The notes beneath the pieces were generated by a model that worked only from the letters and a program-made list of their open reading frames with translations, was not told the origin of the DNA and ran no database searches. Both the position numbers and the translations under genes were made by a program. A stretch of DNA of 20,000 nt from Thraustochytrium aureum (Eukaryota): positions 163,877-183,876 of the forward strand of contig BLSG01000162.1 of the NCBI GenBank assembly GCA_012862495.1. Reading direction: 5' to 3'. Positions 1 to 10,393 of the stretch are shown piece by piece (the first letter of the stretch is position 1; each line of letters opens with the position of its first letter).

Positions 1-622
1 GCTCGGTGTCTGAAGATGGTCCACGTGTTGTGTGTGTGGGAGCACCAAGGACAGAAATGGTGACCGAAATGTTGTTCTGCTTGGAGTACCCCGACGCTCG
101 GTCACTGGTACTCGTCTACGCACACGCCCGAGCACTCGGTCCTAGCGAGTACCTTCCGGTAGAGTGCAGTACCGGTAGGAGTAGGGTCTTTCCTTCAACT
201 CGAGCGGATTCGCGTTGGCTTCTGACTCTGGTCCTCGTCGGGCTCCTGGCCTCCTCCCAGCGAGCCGGCTCCGGTGCACCGCTCAAGTTGGTGGTTGGCG
301 CCTGACCCTTCAAGCATACCTAGAGAGCATCGGCAGCACCGCTCCTTCCATATTTTGGAGGTCGCGCCGCCCCTCTTTTCGCGCAGCGTAGTCGGCATGC
401 TGGGCAGCGTGATGTTCTTGCTCTCTCTCTCCATGCGGCTGGCTGGTAAGTTGTAACTGATCAAAAGAACAATTCCACACAAGCGAGAAATGATCCTTTG
501 ATCGCCAGGTGTTTGCATGCATTCTGCTACGACATACGCGCGCGCGCAGTGCCCTCCCTCTCCGTGCGTGCGTCAGCGGGTCGGCCGACGAGGACAGGAA
601 GAAGCCCATAGTCGGCTGCGAC

Positions 623-660
623 GCTGGTGCTGGTGCTGCTGGTGCTGCTGGTGCTGCTGC
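623..660. repeat. GCT/GGT microsatellite
   Basis: gctggtgctggtgctgctggtgctgctggtgctgctgc. Confidence 0.8.
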
Positions 661-730
661 GTTGGTGCCTGGCTTGGCCGTTGGGAGGGTTGAAAGAAGG
701 CGTCCGTCCGTCAACCCGCCGTTTGCCGCG

Positions 731-1901
731 ATGCCGGACGGCACCCAAGACCCGAAGCAGAAGAAGAACCCCGTGGGCGAGTTCCTGTTTTATTATGTCG
801 GGACGCTGACGGCCATCTATGTGGCGGACCGGTCCGGCTGGCTCGCCTCGGGGGCGCCACGGCGTTGACACACTGCCGCCCGGGCTCTCTTTGGCCAACG
901 TGCTCGAGGGCGCCCGCAGCGACGCGGACACGAAAAACAACCTCTTGTTTATTCTGATCGGAATAGCTCTGGTCTACCCGATGCACCTGTGGCGCACGTT
1001 CGTCAAGTCGTGGTTTGTCCCGCTGGCGACGCGCGGGGCCGGCCTTGACGCGAGGCTGCACAAGCACCACAAGTTCCTCGAGCAGGCCTGGCTTGCGGTG
1101 CACTACTCTGTCGCGGTGGCCCTGGAGGTGTACGCAATCAAGACCGCGACCAAGCATTGGCCTCCGTTGGCCACGGCCGCCTCGCGCGACGCGTTGCCAA
1201 TGCCGCTCGAGGCCGTCCGGGCGCACCATGAATCGAGCGCTGTGCGCGCCGTCTACTTGCTGCAGTTTACCTTTTACTTTATGGAGCTGGCCACGCTGGT
1301 GATGGACAGGCGCTCGCGCTCGCGCTCTGACGCCTTCGTGTACGCGATCCACCACGTGCTCACTGTCGTGCTCATCGGGTTTAGCTACGTCACGTACTGC
1401 CAGCAGGCCGGTCTCCTGGTGCTGTTCTGCCACGACGTGGGTGACATTTTCCTCCCCATTGCAAAGTGCTTTGTTTACACCGAGGACCACGCCCGCGTCG
1501 CCTACTCGCGGCGCACGTTCAAGGTCCTGGAGGCCCTTGGCGTGTTCCTCTTCATCTGCTTCCTAGTCACCTTTGGGTTCGCCCGCCTGGTCCTCTTTCC
1601 GACCCTCATCTGGGTTGGCGTCTACAACTCTGGCTGGTTCGCGCGCGACTTTCGGGGCGGCGAGAGCGTAGACCCGGGCCTTCAAGACCCGACGACTTGG
1701 GACTGGATGCCAGAGCCAATCAGCTCTGGGTCGAGCATCCTGACGATGCATCTCCTGCTCTTGTTCCCGCTGCACGTGTACTGGTTCCGGTGCGCGCTTA
1801 GGGTGGCGTACCGCGCCGTCATGGGGCTCTACGACGACGAGCGGTCTGACGACGACGATGACGACGCGCCTGCCGCGCCTGCCAAGCAAAAAACAAACTG
1901 A
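731..1901 (+). CDS. LAG1: Ceramide synthase (sphingosine N-acyltransferase), LAG1/LAC1/CerS family, TLC domain
   Basis: Lag1p motif RSDAFVYAIHHVLTVVLIGFSY...GLLVLFCHDVGDIFLPIAK, several hydrophobic segments, acidic C-terminal DDERSDDDDD and a KxKxx ER-retrieval end (KQKTN). The likely N-terminus (ATG 731, MPDGTQDPKQKKNPVGEFLFYYVGTLTAIYVA) is in a different frame from the 819..1901 ORF and joins it via a candidate intron 832..919 or a +1 slip near 850-857. Confidence 0.93.
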
Positions 1902-2447
1902 CCAATGTCGGCAGCCAACCCACTTTCTCCCAAACTTTATCGCGCTGCGGCCCGGCTGGCACTCGCGCCGGCCTCCCGGCGCCACGGGCCAGCGCCAGCG
2001 CGTATGTTGAGAGAACAGACGCAACGTCAAAGACATTCCCCCCTACCTCCAACCAACTTGCCGAGCCAGAGCTCCCCAGAAACAGAACGAACACAGGCCA
2101 AAGCAAAGCGCGCAGAGGTCCGTGCACCGCAGCCGCCTAGCTCGCCAATCATGATCTCGTCGCGCTGCGCGGCGCGCGGCGAGGATGGATGGCACGACCG
2201 TGTCGAGGCGCGCCAAGAGGAACAATCGAGTGCAACCAAACACCGTCGTTCACATCCGTAATTGGAAGCAAGCAAGAGCAAATCCAAACCACCAGGGGAC
2301 GTCCAGCTGCACGCTTGGCCTCCCTCCTTCCCTCTGTCGCGCGCCGCCGCCGCCGCGCTGCTGCTGCTGCTTCCAGGGCAGGGCCGGGCCGCCGATCGGC
2401 CGCTGCTCTGCTGTGCCGGCCAAGCGCGTCTGGGGTTTGCGGGAGGC

Positions 2448-2644
2448 NNNNNNNNNNNNNNNNNNNNNNNNNNNNNNNNNNNNNNNNNNNNNNNNNNNNN
2501 NNNNNNNNNNNNNNNNNNNNNNNNNNNNNNNNNNNNNNNNNNNNNNNNNNNNNNNNNNNNNNNNNNNNNNNNNNNNNNNNNNNNNNNNNNNNNNNNNNNN
2601 NNNNNNNNNNNNNNNNNNNNNNNNNNNNNNNNNNNNNNNNNNNN
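2448..2644. other. Assembly gap (N run)
   Basis: 197 N. Confidence 0.99.
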
Positions 2645-3079
2645 CGGCGTTGTCACGTACGCGGCACGGATTCGGCAGGGACGCGCATCTGCTTCGCTGC
2701 GCTGGGCGGGGTTCGGAGGGACGTACTGGCCTGCTCGTCGTCGCCGCTGGCGGTCTGCATTTGCACTGGATGATGGAGACGGGAGACGAATCGGCGCAGC
2801 CAGTCACGCCTCGTCTCGCCGAGTCTGAGGCCCTTGCAGGGGCGAGCGATGCGGCCAAGGACGGGAAAAATACGCCGACCGTAGGCGACCGCGGTACGGA
2901 GGAACAGGTCGTGGCGGAAACTGAGCCGCTCGGGCCCAGTCCCCCTGGGGAAGCGAGGATGCCCGAGGAGGCGGTGACGGTTCGCGCTGCTGAGGGGCCC
3001 CATAGAGGATGTCGCATCAAGACCAACGACAACGCGACTCGAGGCGACCAAAAACGAGACCATCAACGCGACAGATCCC

Positions 3080-6000
3080 ATGTCCACCGTGACAGCAAAC
3101 CACGTGATTGACTCTGGCGACAAGGAGAACCGACCTGAAGGGGACGCACCGAGCCTGAGAAAGGGCCTGACAACGGGCCTGGAAAATGGCCTCAATGCGC
3201 CCGCGGTCGACGCCGAGAACGCGGCCCACGGCACTGACCCCTCCCAGACCGGCCCGCCAAACGGCCAACTGTTGGCCCCCGCAAGCGCTGCAACGGACGA
3301 CACTGACGCCGGAGAAGACGACAACGCGCAATGCGCGAGTGAAACAGATTTGGAAGGCGAAGGCGGCACCGACGACGTTTCTGACGAGGAGGACTTTGGT
3401 GAAGGAAACGACCTTGACCTCAACCACGACCTCGGCCTGACGTTGACCTGGCGCATAGAAAACTTCAAAGACGTCCTGGAGGCTGCGAAGGCCAAGCTCG
3501 AGCTGAAAAGAGTGAGCGAATCCCTCCGCAGCCCCACTTTCAAAGCCCCAGACGGTTTCTCCTGGGGCTTGCTGGTGTTTCCGTGTGGCAATTTTCTGAC
3601 GGGGAGGGAGGTATGCCAAAACTTTTCCATGTACATCGAAGTGCGCGACGCAGCTTTCCAGGTGGCCAAGCTCGGTCCGCAGTGGAAGATCCGACGCCGG
3701 TACTCCCTCGCCGTCGTCAACCTGAAGAAGGGCACTGCGCGGGGGGTCTCGAAAGCTCCCTTCAAGTCATTGACAAGCGCCGTCGCCGCCTTGCACAAGT
3801 ACGGCGCGGGTGACAAGCAACTGTGGCGTGATGTGGGCAACGCCGCTGACGACTGCTTTCGCTCTACTCAACTGGACTGGGGTTTTGCTAGCCTAGCGCC
3901 ATTGTCCCTGATCGCGGACGAGAGGAACGGGTTCCTCAGTCCCGAGGGAGCGTTGACCGTTCAGGCCACTGTGACACCGCACGTGGATTGGGAATCGTAC
4001 AGCAGCAAGGCGGCCACAGGCAAGGTGGGCTTGGAGAACGACGGAGCGACATGCTACCTCAACTCGTTGTTGCAAACGCTGTACATGACCAAGCGGCTCA
4101 GGGTAGCAGTGTATGATCTCAACACGAGCGCCGACAAGCGCAACTCCGGCATCGGGCTCGAGCTACAGCGGCTCTTCTGGGAGCTGCAGACGAGCGAGCG
4201 TGCCATCTCCACGCGAAGGCTCACGACGGCATTTGGTTGGGACTCGGCGCTCTTGTTCCGGCAGCACGACGTGCAGGAGATGAACCGCGAATTGGTGGAC
4301 AAGCTCGAGTCGCGAATGCAAAACACGCCCCAGGAAGGCCTCATCAAGGCGCTCTACACGGGCAAGACCCGTTCGTACATCAAGTGCGTCAACGTGGACT
4401 TCACCTCCGCGCGCGACGAGGAGTTTTACGACATCCAGCTTGACGTGAAAAATATGCCCGACGTCGACGCCGCATTTGCAAAATACGTCGAAGAAGAGAA
4501 ACTCGAGGGGGAGAACCAGTATGAGGCCGAGGGGCACGGCAAGCAGGACGCCATCAAAGGCATCGGGTTTCTCTCGTTTCCGCCCGTGCTAAACCTGCAC
4601 CTCAAGCGTTTCGAGTACGACATGCGCACCGACTCGACCGTCAAGATCAACGACCCTTTCAAGTTTCCTGTGCGCTTGCAGCTGGACAAGTACCTGCACC
4701 CGGACGTCCGCGCAGATGGTGCGGCCGCGGGGACTGCGCCGCCGGAATACGACTACGTGCTGCACTCCGTTCTCGTCCACGTGGGGGACGTCAACGCGGG
4801 CCACTACTACGCGTTCATCAATGACATGGAGCCCACGCAGTCGCCAGCGCCCGGGTCCAACGTGGACGACTTTCTCGCTGGCGTTCCCCAGCGCTGGCTG
4901 AAGTTTGACGACGAACGGGTTATTCCAGCCAACAAGCGCGTCGCCGTCGACCAAAACTATGGCGGCGGCGTGGGCGTGGCGCATCACCTGAGCTCGGGCC
5001 TCGGCAACGCGTACATGCTAGTCTACGTCCAAATCAGCAAGCTCTACGAGGTCCTGCTGCCAGTCCCGGACGAGCGCGTCCCGCGAGCGCTGCTCGACAG
5101 GTTTCAAGCCGACGAGGCGACAGAGATCAGGGAGCGCGAGGAGGAGGAGCGGCGCCGCGTCGAGATTGAAGTCCTTTTGTACCACGACAAGCACGTGCGG
5201 GACTTTGGCGCTTACGGGCGCTGGCCGGGGCGCCTCAAGCAGCAAGCCGACTTTGTCTGCTTCGAAGACGGCGACCGACTCACGATGCGCAAGACTGACA
5301 ACGCCGACGCGCTCTACGCCGCGGTGGCCAAGTTCTACGGCGTCGAAGAGTCTGTCTTTCGCCTTTGGGCCTGCATCGACCGCCAGAACAGTACGGCCAG
5401 GCCAGACTTTGTGATTGAGCACGCACCTCACAGGGACAATGAGACCGTCCTGGACTACAAGAGCGTCGCCGATTCTGTGTGCATCTACGTCGAGTTCTCG
5501 CCTGGGTGGGGCCTGGAGGGCTCGCGCCGCCCAAAAGGCGCCGGGGCCCAGCCAGACGGCGACGCTCCCATGGACGATGCCGCCTCAAGCGATTCGACTG
5601 CTCCGGAAGGACCTGCGCCTGAGCCGTCCCCTGCAGAGCAAGACCCGCCCCCAGTCGGGCCCAACGACCTGGTTGCCGAGCCGGCAACGAAGAGGCTGAA
5701 ACCGAGCGCGCGCTTTGAGCCGCCGAGCACCCACGCCCTCCTCTTTGTGCGAGGGTGGGACGCCGATAAAGCGGCTATCAACGAGAAACTGGCATATCTT
5801 GGGCCGCTCTTGGTCCCCAGATCCACGGAGGCGAATCGATTCATTCCGGATGTGCTCGAGCCGTTCTTGGCCCAGGCGGGCTGGCCCGCAGGGGCGGAGG
5901 CGGCCACGACGCGCAAGCCGAGCGACTACCTGCTCTGGGAGTTGGTCAGCCCCCGCTCCATGGCCCTGCTCAACCTCGAGGCGGAGCCCGGCACCTTCAT

Positions 6001-7516
6001 CGGCGCGTTCAAGTTGCAGCATGGCGACATCCTGGTGGTCGGGCGAGCTAGCGCGGACAGCGTTTTGCCGAAGGATGCGAAGGATGCGACACCGGAGCCG
6101 ATCGTCCTCGAAGACGAGCGCGGTAGGCTTCACAACCACCTCCCGCTGCACGCTTTCCGCGCACCAGACCTGCTCTTGATGTACATGTCGAAGAGGTTGG
6201 AGATTGTGGTCACCAGTTCGAGCGCGGCAGACATGGCGGAGCGCATCCGGGTCGAGTGCCAGATGCACACCAAGATGTCGACCTTCGCAGAGGTCGTCTG
6301 CCGCGCCCTGTGTGAGGAGGGCCGCGCCCCTGAAGGCACCCACGCGGACCAAATCGTTTTCTTCCGCGCCAGTGGGGCCTTTCGTTTCATCGAGCAGGCG
6401 CGGCCGCTCGAAGCCCTTGTTGACCAGGCCGACGCAACTGTTTGGCGGCAGACCGCGGCGACTTCCTCGCCAAGCGGCGGCAAGGCGTCGGTGTGGAACC
6501 CGGCGGCGGACGGCCCAGACGCAGGCTTCCCGCAACAGCGCGCCTTGTTCTATGAGTTGCTTCCGTGCAAAGCTAGCGAGGTGGGCCGCCTCTTCGAGAT
6601 CACCGTGCTGGACGGCGCATACCCGCGATACCGCACGGAGCTCGGTTTTTTGCGCACCGCCGACGACGAGATGGACGAGCGCGGCTTCGAAGAGCTGGAA
6701 GCTGAGCTCTCAAAGCGGCTCGGCTTGTCACAAGCCGATGGGGCCATGTTCCGCTGGATCACTGTCTCGCGTGGTCTGGTCCAGCTCGTCGCTGCTCCGC
6801 GCGAGCCTGAGGACCCGCGTTCGGCGTTGTACACGTGGGCCAAGCTGCGCGAGGAGCGCGTGGCCCGCCGCTCTGTCGTCGCCGATCTCATCCGGCCGGA
6901 AGAGGACGAGGTGGAGCGCTCGCTCTCGCTTGCCTCGGTTCTGGGCCCCCACCTGCACCGCTCGGCCGGCCAAGTCGCGAGCACCCGCGTTGCAAACGGA
7001 GACAAGCCAAACGCGTGGCTCGTCGTTGTGCGCCACTTTGATTCTCCGATTCCTGACAAGGGGACACGGGCGCGGCGGTACGGCCAGCCGCTCACCCTCG
7101 TCGTTCGTGAAAGCGACACGGGAACCACTGTGCTCGCCAAGGTGAGGGGCCGCCTTGGCCTCTCCGCGGCGGACGTCAAGGACTGGCGCGTTGCGGTGTT
7201 CGGTACAGACCCGAACAGCAAGGAGTTTGCCTGGCTCGAGGATGGCAGAAAGCTCGAGAGCTTTCCGGGGTTTCTCGACACGGGCGTCGGAAGGAATCGG
7301 GCCCTTGCCCTTGAAGACTATCCGACACTGGGTTTGTACCACCCGAATCCGCACCAGACGCTGCAGAGCCGAGCGCGTGCCGAGCCCAAGTTGCGCCGTC
7401 CCATCTCGAGCCGCAGTTCGCCTGTTATATCTGACAGCGCAATCGAGCACCCTGGCCAGGACAGGGGTTCGCTTCCGCCTGCGCCACCGCCGCCCCGTGG
7501 CGACGGCTGCTTTTGA
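3080..7516 (+). CDS. USP7: Ubiquitin carboxyl-terminal hydrolase 7-like (MATH domain + peptidase C19 + C-terminal region); possible N-terminal extension from ATG 2770
   Basis: MATH/TRAF signature (LTWRIENF...WGLLVFPCGN...DWGF, ~3440-3975), Cys box GLENDGATCYLNSLLQTLY, QHDVQE, FYDIQLDVK, LHLKRFEYD, His box HSVLVHVGDVNAGHYYAFI, WLKFDDERV, NAYMLVYV, RLW...RQNSTARP and a C-terminal LGLYHP, as in USP7/Ubp15/UBP12-13. The 1478-aa ORF is uninterrupted. Confidence 0.93.
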   Translation: MSTVTANHVIDSGDKENRPEGDAPSLRKGLTTGLENGLNAPAVDAENAAHGTDPSQTGPPNGQLLAPASAATDDTDAGEDDNAQCASETDLEGEGGTDDVSDEEDFGEGNDLDLNHDLGLTLTWRIENFKDVLEAAKAKLELKRVSESLRSPTFKAPDGFSWGLLVFPCGNFLTGREVCQNFSMYIEVRDAAFQVAKLGPQWKIRRRYSLAVVNLKKGTARGVSKAPFKSLTSAVAALHKYGAGDKQLWRDVGNAADDCFRSTQLDWGFASLAPLSLIADERNGFLSPEGALTVQATVTPHVDWESYSSKAATGKVGLENDGATCYLNSLLQTLYMTKRLRVAVYDLNTSADKRNSGIGLELQRLFWELQTSERAISTRRLTTAFGWDSALLFRQHDVQEMNRELVDKLESRMQNTPQEGLIKALYTGKTRSYIKCVNVDFTSARDEEFYDIQLDVKNMPDVDAAFAKYVEEEKLEGENQYEAEGHGKQDAIKGIGFLSFPPVLNLHLKRFEYDMRTDSTVKINDPFKFPVRLQLDKYLHPDVRADGAAAGTAPPEYDYVLHSVLVHVGDVNAGHYYAFINDMEPTQSPAPGSNVDDFLAGVPQRWLKFDDERVIPANKRVAVDQNYGGGVGVAHHLSSGLGNAYMLVYVQISKLYEVLLPVPDERVPRALLDRFQADEATEIREREEEERRRVEIEVLLYHDKHVRDFGAYGRWPGRLKQQADFVCFEDGDRLTMRKTDNADALYAAVAKFYGVEESVFRLWACIDRQNSTARPDFVIEHAPHRDNETVLDYKSVADSVCIYVEFSPGWGLEGSRRPKGAGAQPDGDAPMDDAASSDSTAPEGPAPEPSPAEQDPPPVGPNDLVAEPATKRLKPSARFEPPSTHALLFVRGWDADKAAINEKLAYLGPLLVPRSTEANRFIPDVLEPFLAQAGWPAGAEAATTRKPSDYLLWELVSPRSMALLNLEAEPGTFIGAFKLQHGDILVVGRASADSVLPKDAKDATPEPIVLEDERGRLHNHLPLHAFRAPDLLLMYMSKRLEIVVTSSSAADMAERIRVECQMHTKMSTFAEVVCRALCEEGRAPEGTHADQIVFFRASGAFRFIEQARPLEALVDQADATVWRQTAATSSPSGGKASVWNPAADGPDAGFPQQRALFYELLPCKASEVGRLFEITVLDGAYPRYRTELGFLRTADDEMDERGFEELEAELSKRLGLSQADGAMFRWITVSRGLVQLVAAPREPEDPRSALYTWAKLREERVARRSVVADLIRPEEDEVERSLSLASVLGPHLHRSAGQVASTRVANGDKPNAWLVVVRHFDSPIPDKGTRARRYGQPLTLVVRESDTGTTVLAKVRGRLGLSAADVKDWRVAVFGTDPNSKEFAWLEDGRKLESFPGFLDTGVGRNRALALEDYPTLGLYHPNPHQTLQSRARAEPKLRRPISSRSSPVISDSAIEHPGQDRGSLPPAPPPPRGDGCF

Positions 7517-7861
7517 GCTTTTTGATTGATTCCAACTCTCAGCCAGGTTTCCTTTGCTTGGCTTCCTCGACACTTCTGCAGCCCGGGCCTCGGCTCCGCA
7601 AAGATGCACCGTCCGCAACCATGTCGTCCTCTTGGCCTTGGCCGCCCAGGTGGCATGGACGCGCTCGTGCGGTACCGGTAACGGCCTCGAAAATGTGTGG
7701 AAAATGCCGTGCCGGAATGGTCGTCTCGCAGACCCGCAGCCGCGCGCCGGCCGGTCCGTGGGTTGGTCGCGAGTGGACCGCTCGCACTAGGGCCTGGGCG
7801 GACGGCCTGCACGCACGCAGTGGCGCGCAGCGGCTGGCGCGGCGCTCGGCAGGCACGCGGG

Positions 7862-9295
7862 ATGGCGGGGCGCAAGATTCTGTTCAAGGTGAACGTCGCT
7901 CTCGGCGCCAACCGGCGCGCGCTGTTGAGCGTGCGCGAGGGCGACGACCCCCACGACGTGGCGCACGGGTTTTGCGAGCAGCTCGGGCTTCCTGAAAAGG
8001 TCGGCGATGCCCTCAGGGAGGAGGTCGCGCGGGAGTGGCGCAAGTTCGAAAGGCAGGCTGCCATGGAAAGCCGAGTTCACGGGCCCTCGCGAAAGTCGCC
8101 GTCGAACAACATTCCGGCGCCCGGCGGCAGCAGCGATGCCTACAAAAGGGAGTATTATGACCACCTGCAAGAGCGGTACCAGGTCGCGGTGCGTGCCAAA
8201 GCTGACCGCGATGCAGCGGCGGCGAAGGCCGCGCGCCCCGTGTCAGCCCCGCACAAGCCACCCCCAGCTCACAAGGTCATCTCCGAGGAGGCGGCGCAGG
8301 CGCTGTCCAACCGCTTGTACGAAGAGAGCATTCAGGCAAAGAAGAAGATGCAAGAGGCGCAACGCAAGGCCAAGGAGGCGCGCGAGCGCACGCGGATGGC
8401 CTCGTGCACTTTCAAGCCAAAAATTTCCAAGGTAGCCAAGGAAGCCCCAGGGGGCAGGACGCACGGGCTGGGCCTCGAGGTCCAGGTGCAGCGGTACCAA
8501 GAGTCGCGCGTGGTCCGGGAGCACCTCGCTCGCGAGCGCGAGCGCGCCGAGATCGAGAAGGAGTGCAGCTTTCAGCCCAGCATCAGCAAGAAATCGCGAG
8601 ACCTCGCGAGGCGGCGCCGCACGGCCAACGTCCCGCTGCACGAGGAGCTCCACACCGAGGCCGAGGTGCGGCGGGCCACCAAGGTCATCATCGAGCACAC
8701 TCCAATGTACGCCTTCCAGCCCAACACGGGCCACGGCGAGCGCGGCACCACCGAGTCACAGGGCGACTTGGTGAACCGCCTGGCTGAGCCGAAAGGCGCA
8801 GGCGACGAGGTCTTCTACGATCACGCCATGTACGACCCGCAGACTGGGCGCGAGCTGTTCAGGCCTCAGGTAGGGCGCCCTCCAGCAGAGCACCGCGCGA
8901 GGCCGCCGGATGTCCCGGTCACAGACTACCTGTTTTTCGCGCGGCACGAGGCCCAGGACATCCGCGACCGGCTCCGGCGCGAGGAGGATGAGGCCCTCCA
9001 GGCTGCGCAGGCCAAAGGCGCGATCAGTGAGGCGTCGCGTCGTATTGCGGACAGCATTCGCGCGCAGCGCTTCGCGATGCTCTGGCACGCACTCAACGAC
9101 CCGAAAGTGCGCGAGGACAGCTCGGAGGAGCTGCAGCTGCGGTGCATGGTCGAGTTGCTGCCCGAGCTCTTGCTGCGGCATGTAGGGCCGGACGCGATCC
9201 TTTCGGCCGCGGCGGGGTCCGAGGAGGACTTTTGTTCATACATGTGCCGAATGGCGCGCGGCGTGCCCTGTACAGCCGACCTGTTGCTCGCCTGA
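7862..9295 (+). CDS. Uncharacterised coiled-coil protein with repeated (C)xFxP motifs
   Basis: Long ORF with coding-like GC3 bias from ATG 7862 (MAGRKILFKVNVALG...VREGDDPHDVAHGFCEQLGL). Charged helical stretches alternate with SCTFKPKIS, ECSFQPSIS, YAFQPN and ELFRPQV. I cannot assign a named family. Confidence 0.8.
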   Translation: MAGRKILFKVNVALGANRRALLSVREGDDPHDVAHGFCEQLGLPEKVGDALREEVAREWRKFERQAAMESRVHGPSRKSPSNNIPAPGGSSDAYKREYYDHLQERYQVAVRAKADRDAAAAKAARPVSAPHKPPPAHKVISEEAAQALSNRLYEESIQAKKKMQEAQRKAKEARERTRMASCTFKPKISKVAKEAPGGRTHGLGLEVQVQRYQESRVVREHLARERERAEIEKECSFQPSISKKSRDLARRRRTANVPLHEELHTEAEVRRATKVIIEHTPMYAFQPNTGHGERGTTESQGDLVNRLAEPKGAGDEVFYDHAMYDPQTGRELFRPQVGRPPAEHRARPPDVPVTDYLFFARHEAQDIRDRLRREEDEALQAAQAKGAISEASRRIADSIRAQRFAMLWHALNDPKVREDSSEELQLRCMVELLPELLLRHVGPDAILSAAAGSEEDFCSYMCRMARGVPCTADLLLA

Positions 9296-10120
9296 TGTCA
9301 TGAATCTGCGTCGTTGGGTAGCCAGTTGAGAAAGCGCTTGCAGCTCGGGAACCAGAACGGTGCGTTGCCCCAACTTGAAGGTGCTCTGTTGCGCTTGGAA
9401 CAAGTCCAGCGCGGCGAGCTGCAGTCGGCATCATGCGACGCTCAGGCGTTGCCCTGAAAATGGTTTTTGCACATCATCCGGGTCGTCCAATGTTGCGGGG
9501 GCAACAACAGCGGGCCGGCCGCGACATCGACTTCAGCGCTCATCCGCGCCGTCGCCATGAGCGTAACATTCATCCGGCTGGCTCAGTTCCTCCACGTCAG
9601 TCAGTCAGTCGCCCACGGCGTCGCACGACGCATCGAACGAGGCAAACTGGGCACCAACTCGACACAAGTGACACCGCGAGAGATCCCCCGACCGCCGCGC
9701 CAATTACTCCGCCTCACATCCTCGCCCATCGGACAAACCCCCTGCCTCCACAGAAACCAAGGCAAAGCCACGCCATTTGGGCCAAAGTATCCCCGAGAGG
9801 GGCCGCGCCTTGCAGAGGGCGCCCTCACAGTATCGTAGAGAGAGAGACAGAGAACGAGTTCCCCAAACCAAAGAAAAACGATTCAAAACAACAAACTCAA
9901 CTTGTTGTATGTTTGGTAAGTTACCTTCTGACAAATGTATCGTACAACACACAACACCAAAAAGGGTGGACTCCAAGCGGGAGAAGCGAGAAGAAAAACC
10001 TCGAAAAGTGAGCGATACCGTACTCTAAAGGTATAAAACTCGAGTGGAAAAATAATGCGAGAGAAGGAAGAAAAAAACGACGGCGGGCGTCCAGGGCGAG
10101 TTGGAGCAGAGCCACTTCGC

Positions 10121-10260
10121 GCATCGGCACCGAGCATCGAGCGCCGGCATCGGCACCGGGCATCGGCATCGCGCCTCGAGCGTTGGTACCTACTCGCTTC
10201 CGTCGCGCATCGAGCAGCAGCAGCCGCAGCAGCAGCAGTTGCGGCAGCAGCGGTTGCGGC
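10121..10260. repeat. Low-complexity tract (GCATCG repeats, then CAG/GCG repeats)
   Basis: gcatcggcaccgagcatcgagcgccggcatcggcaccgggcatcggcatcg and cagcagcagccgcagcagcagcagttgcggcagcagcgg. Confidence 0.7.
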
Positions 10261-10393
10261 AAACGCGGCGCGCTGTTCGCGTCGGCCTCAGCGGGCTCCA
10301 GGCGCGCGCGGTGTGCGGGCAAGTGAGGACCGGAGTACGCCGACCGGACGCGAGTTGGCGTGCGTGTGCCGCGGCGGCTGCTGTGCGGCGCTG

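Noticed and set aside
4027..4080. USP7 Cys box reads ENDGATCY instead of KNQGATCY, suggesting a possible pseudo-enzyme
   Set aside because: The oxyanion Asn, catalytic Cys, His (GHYY) and Asp (FDD) are all retained.
9293..9457. Genome-wide UGA reassignment suggested by frames broken only by TGA
   Set aside because: Ceramide synthase and USP7 end at TGA at plausible C-termini, and conserved Trp positions use TGG.
10213..10260. CAG tract as a polyQ coding region
   Set aside because: It lies in low-complexity DNA upstream of MDAR with no supported CDS, and is unconnected to the ataxin-3 gene.
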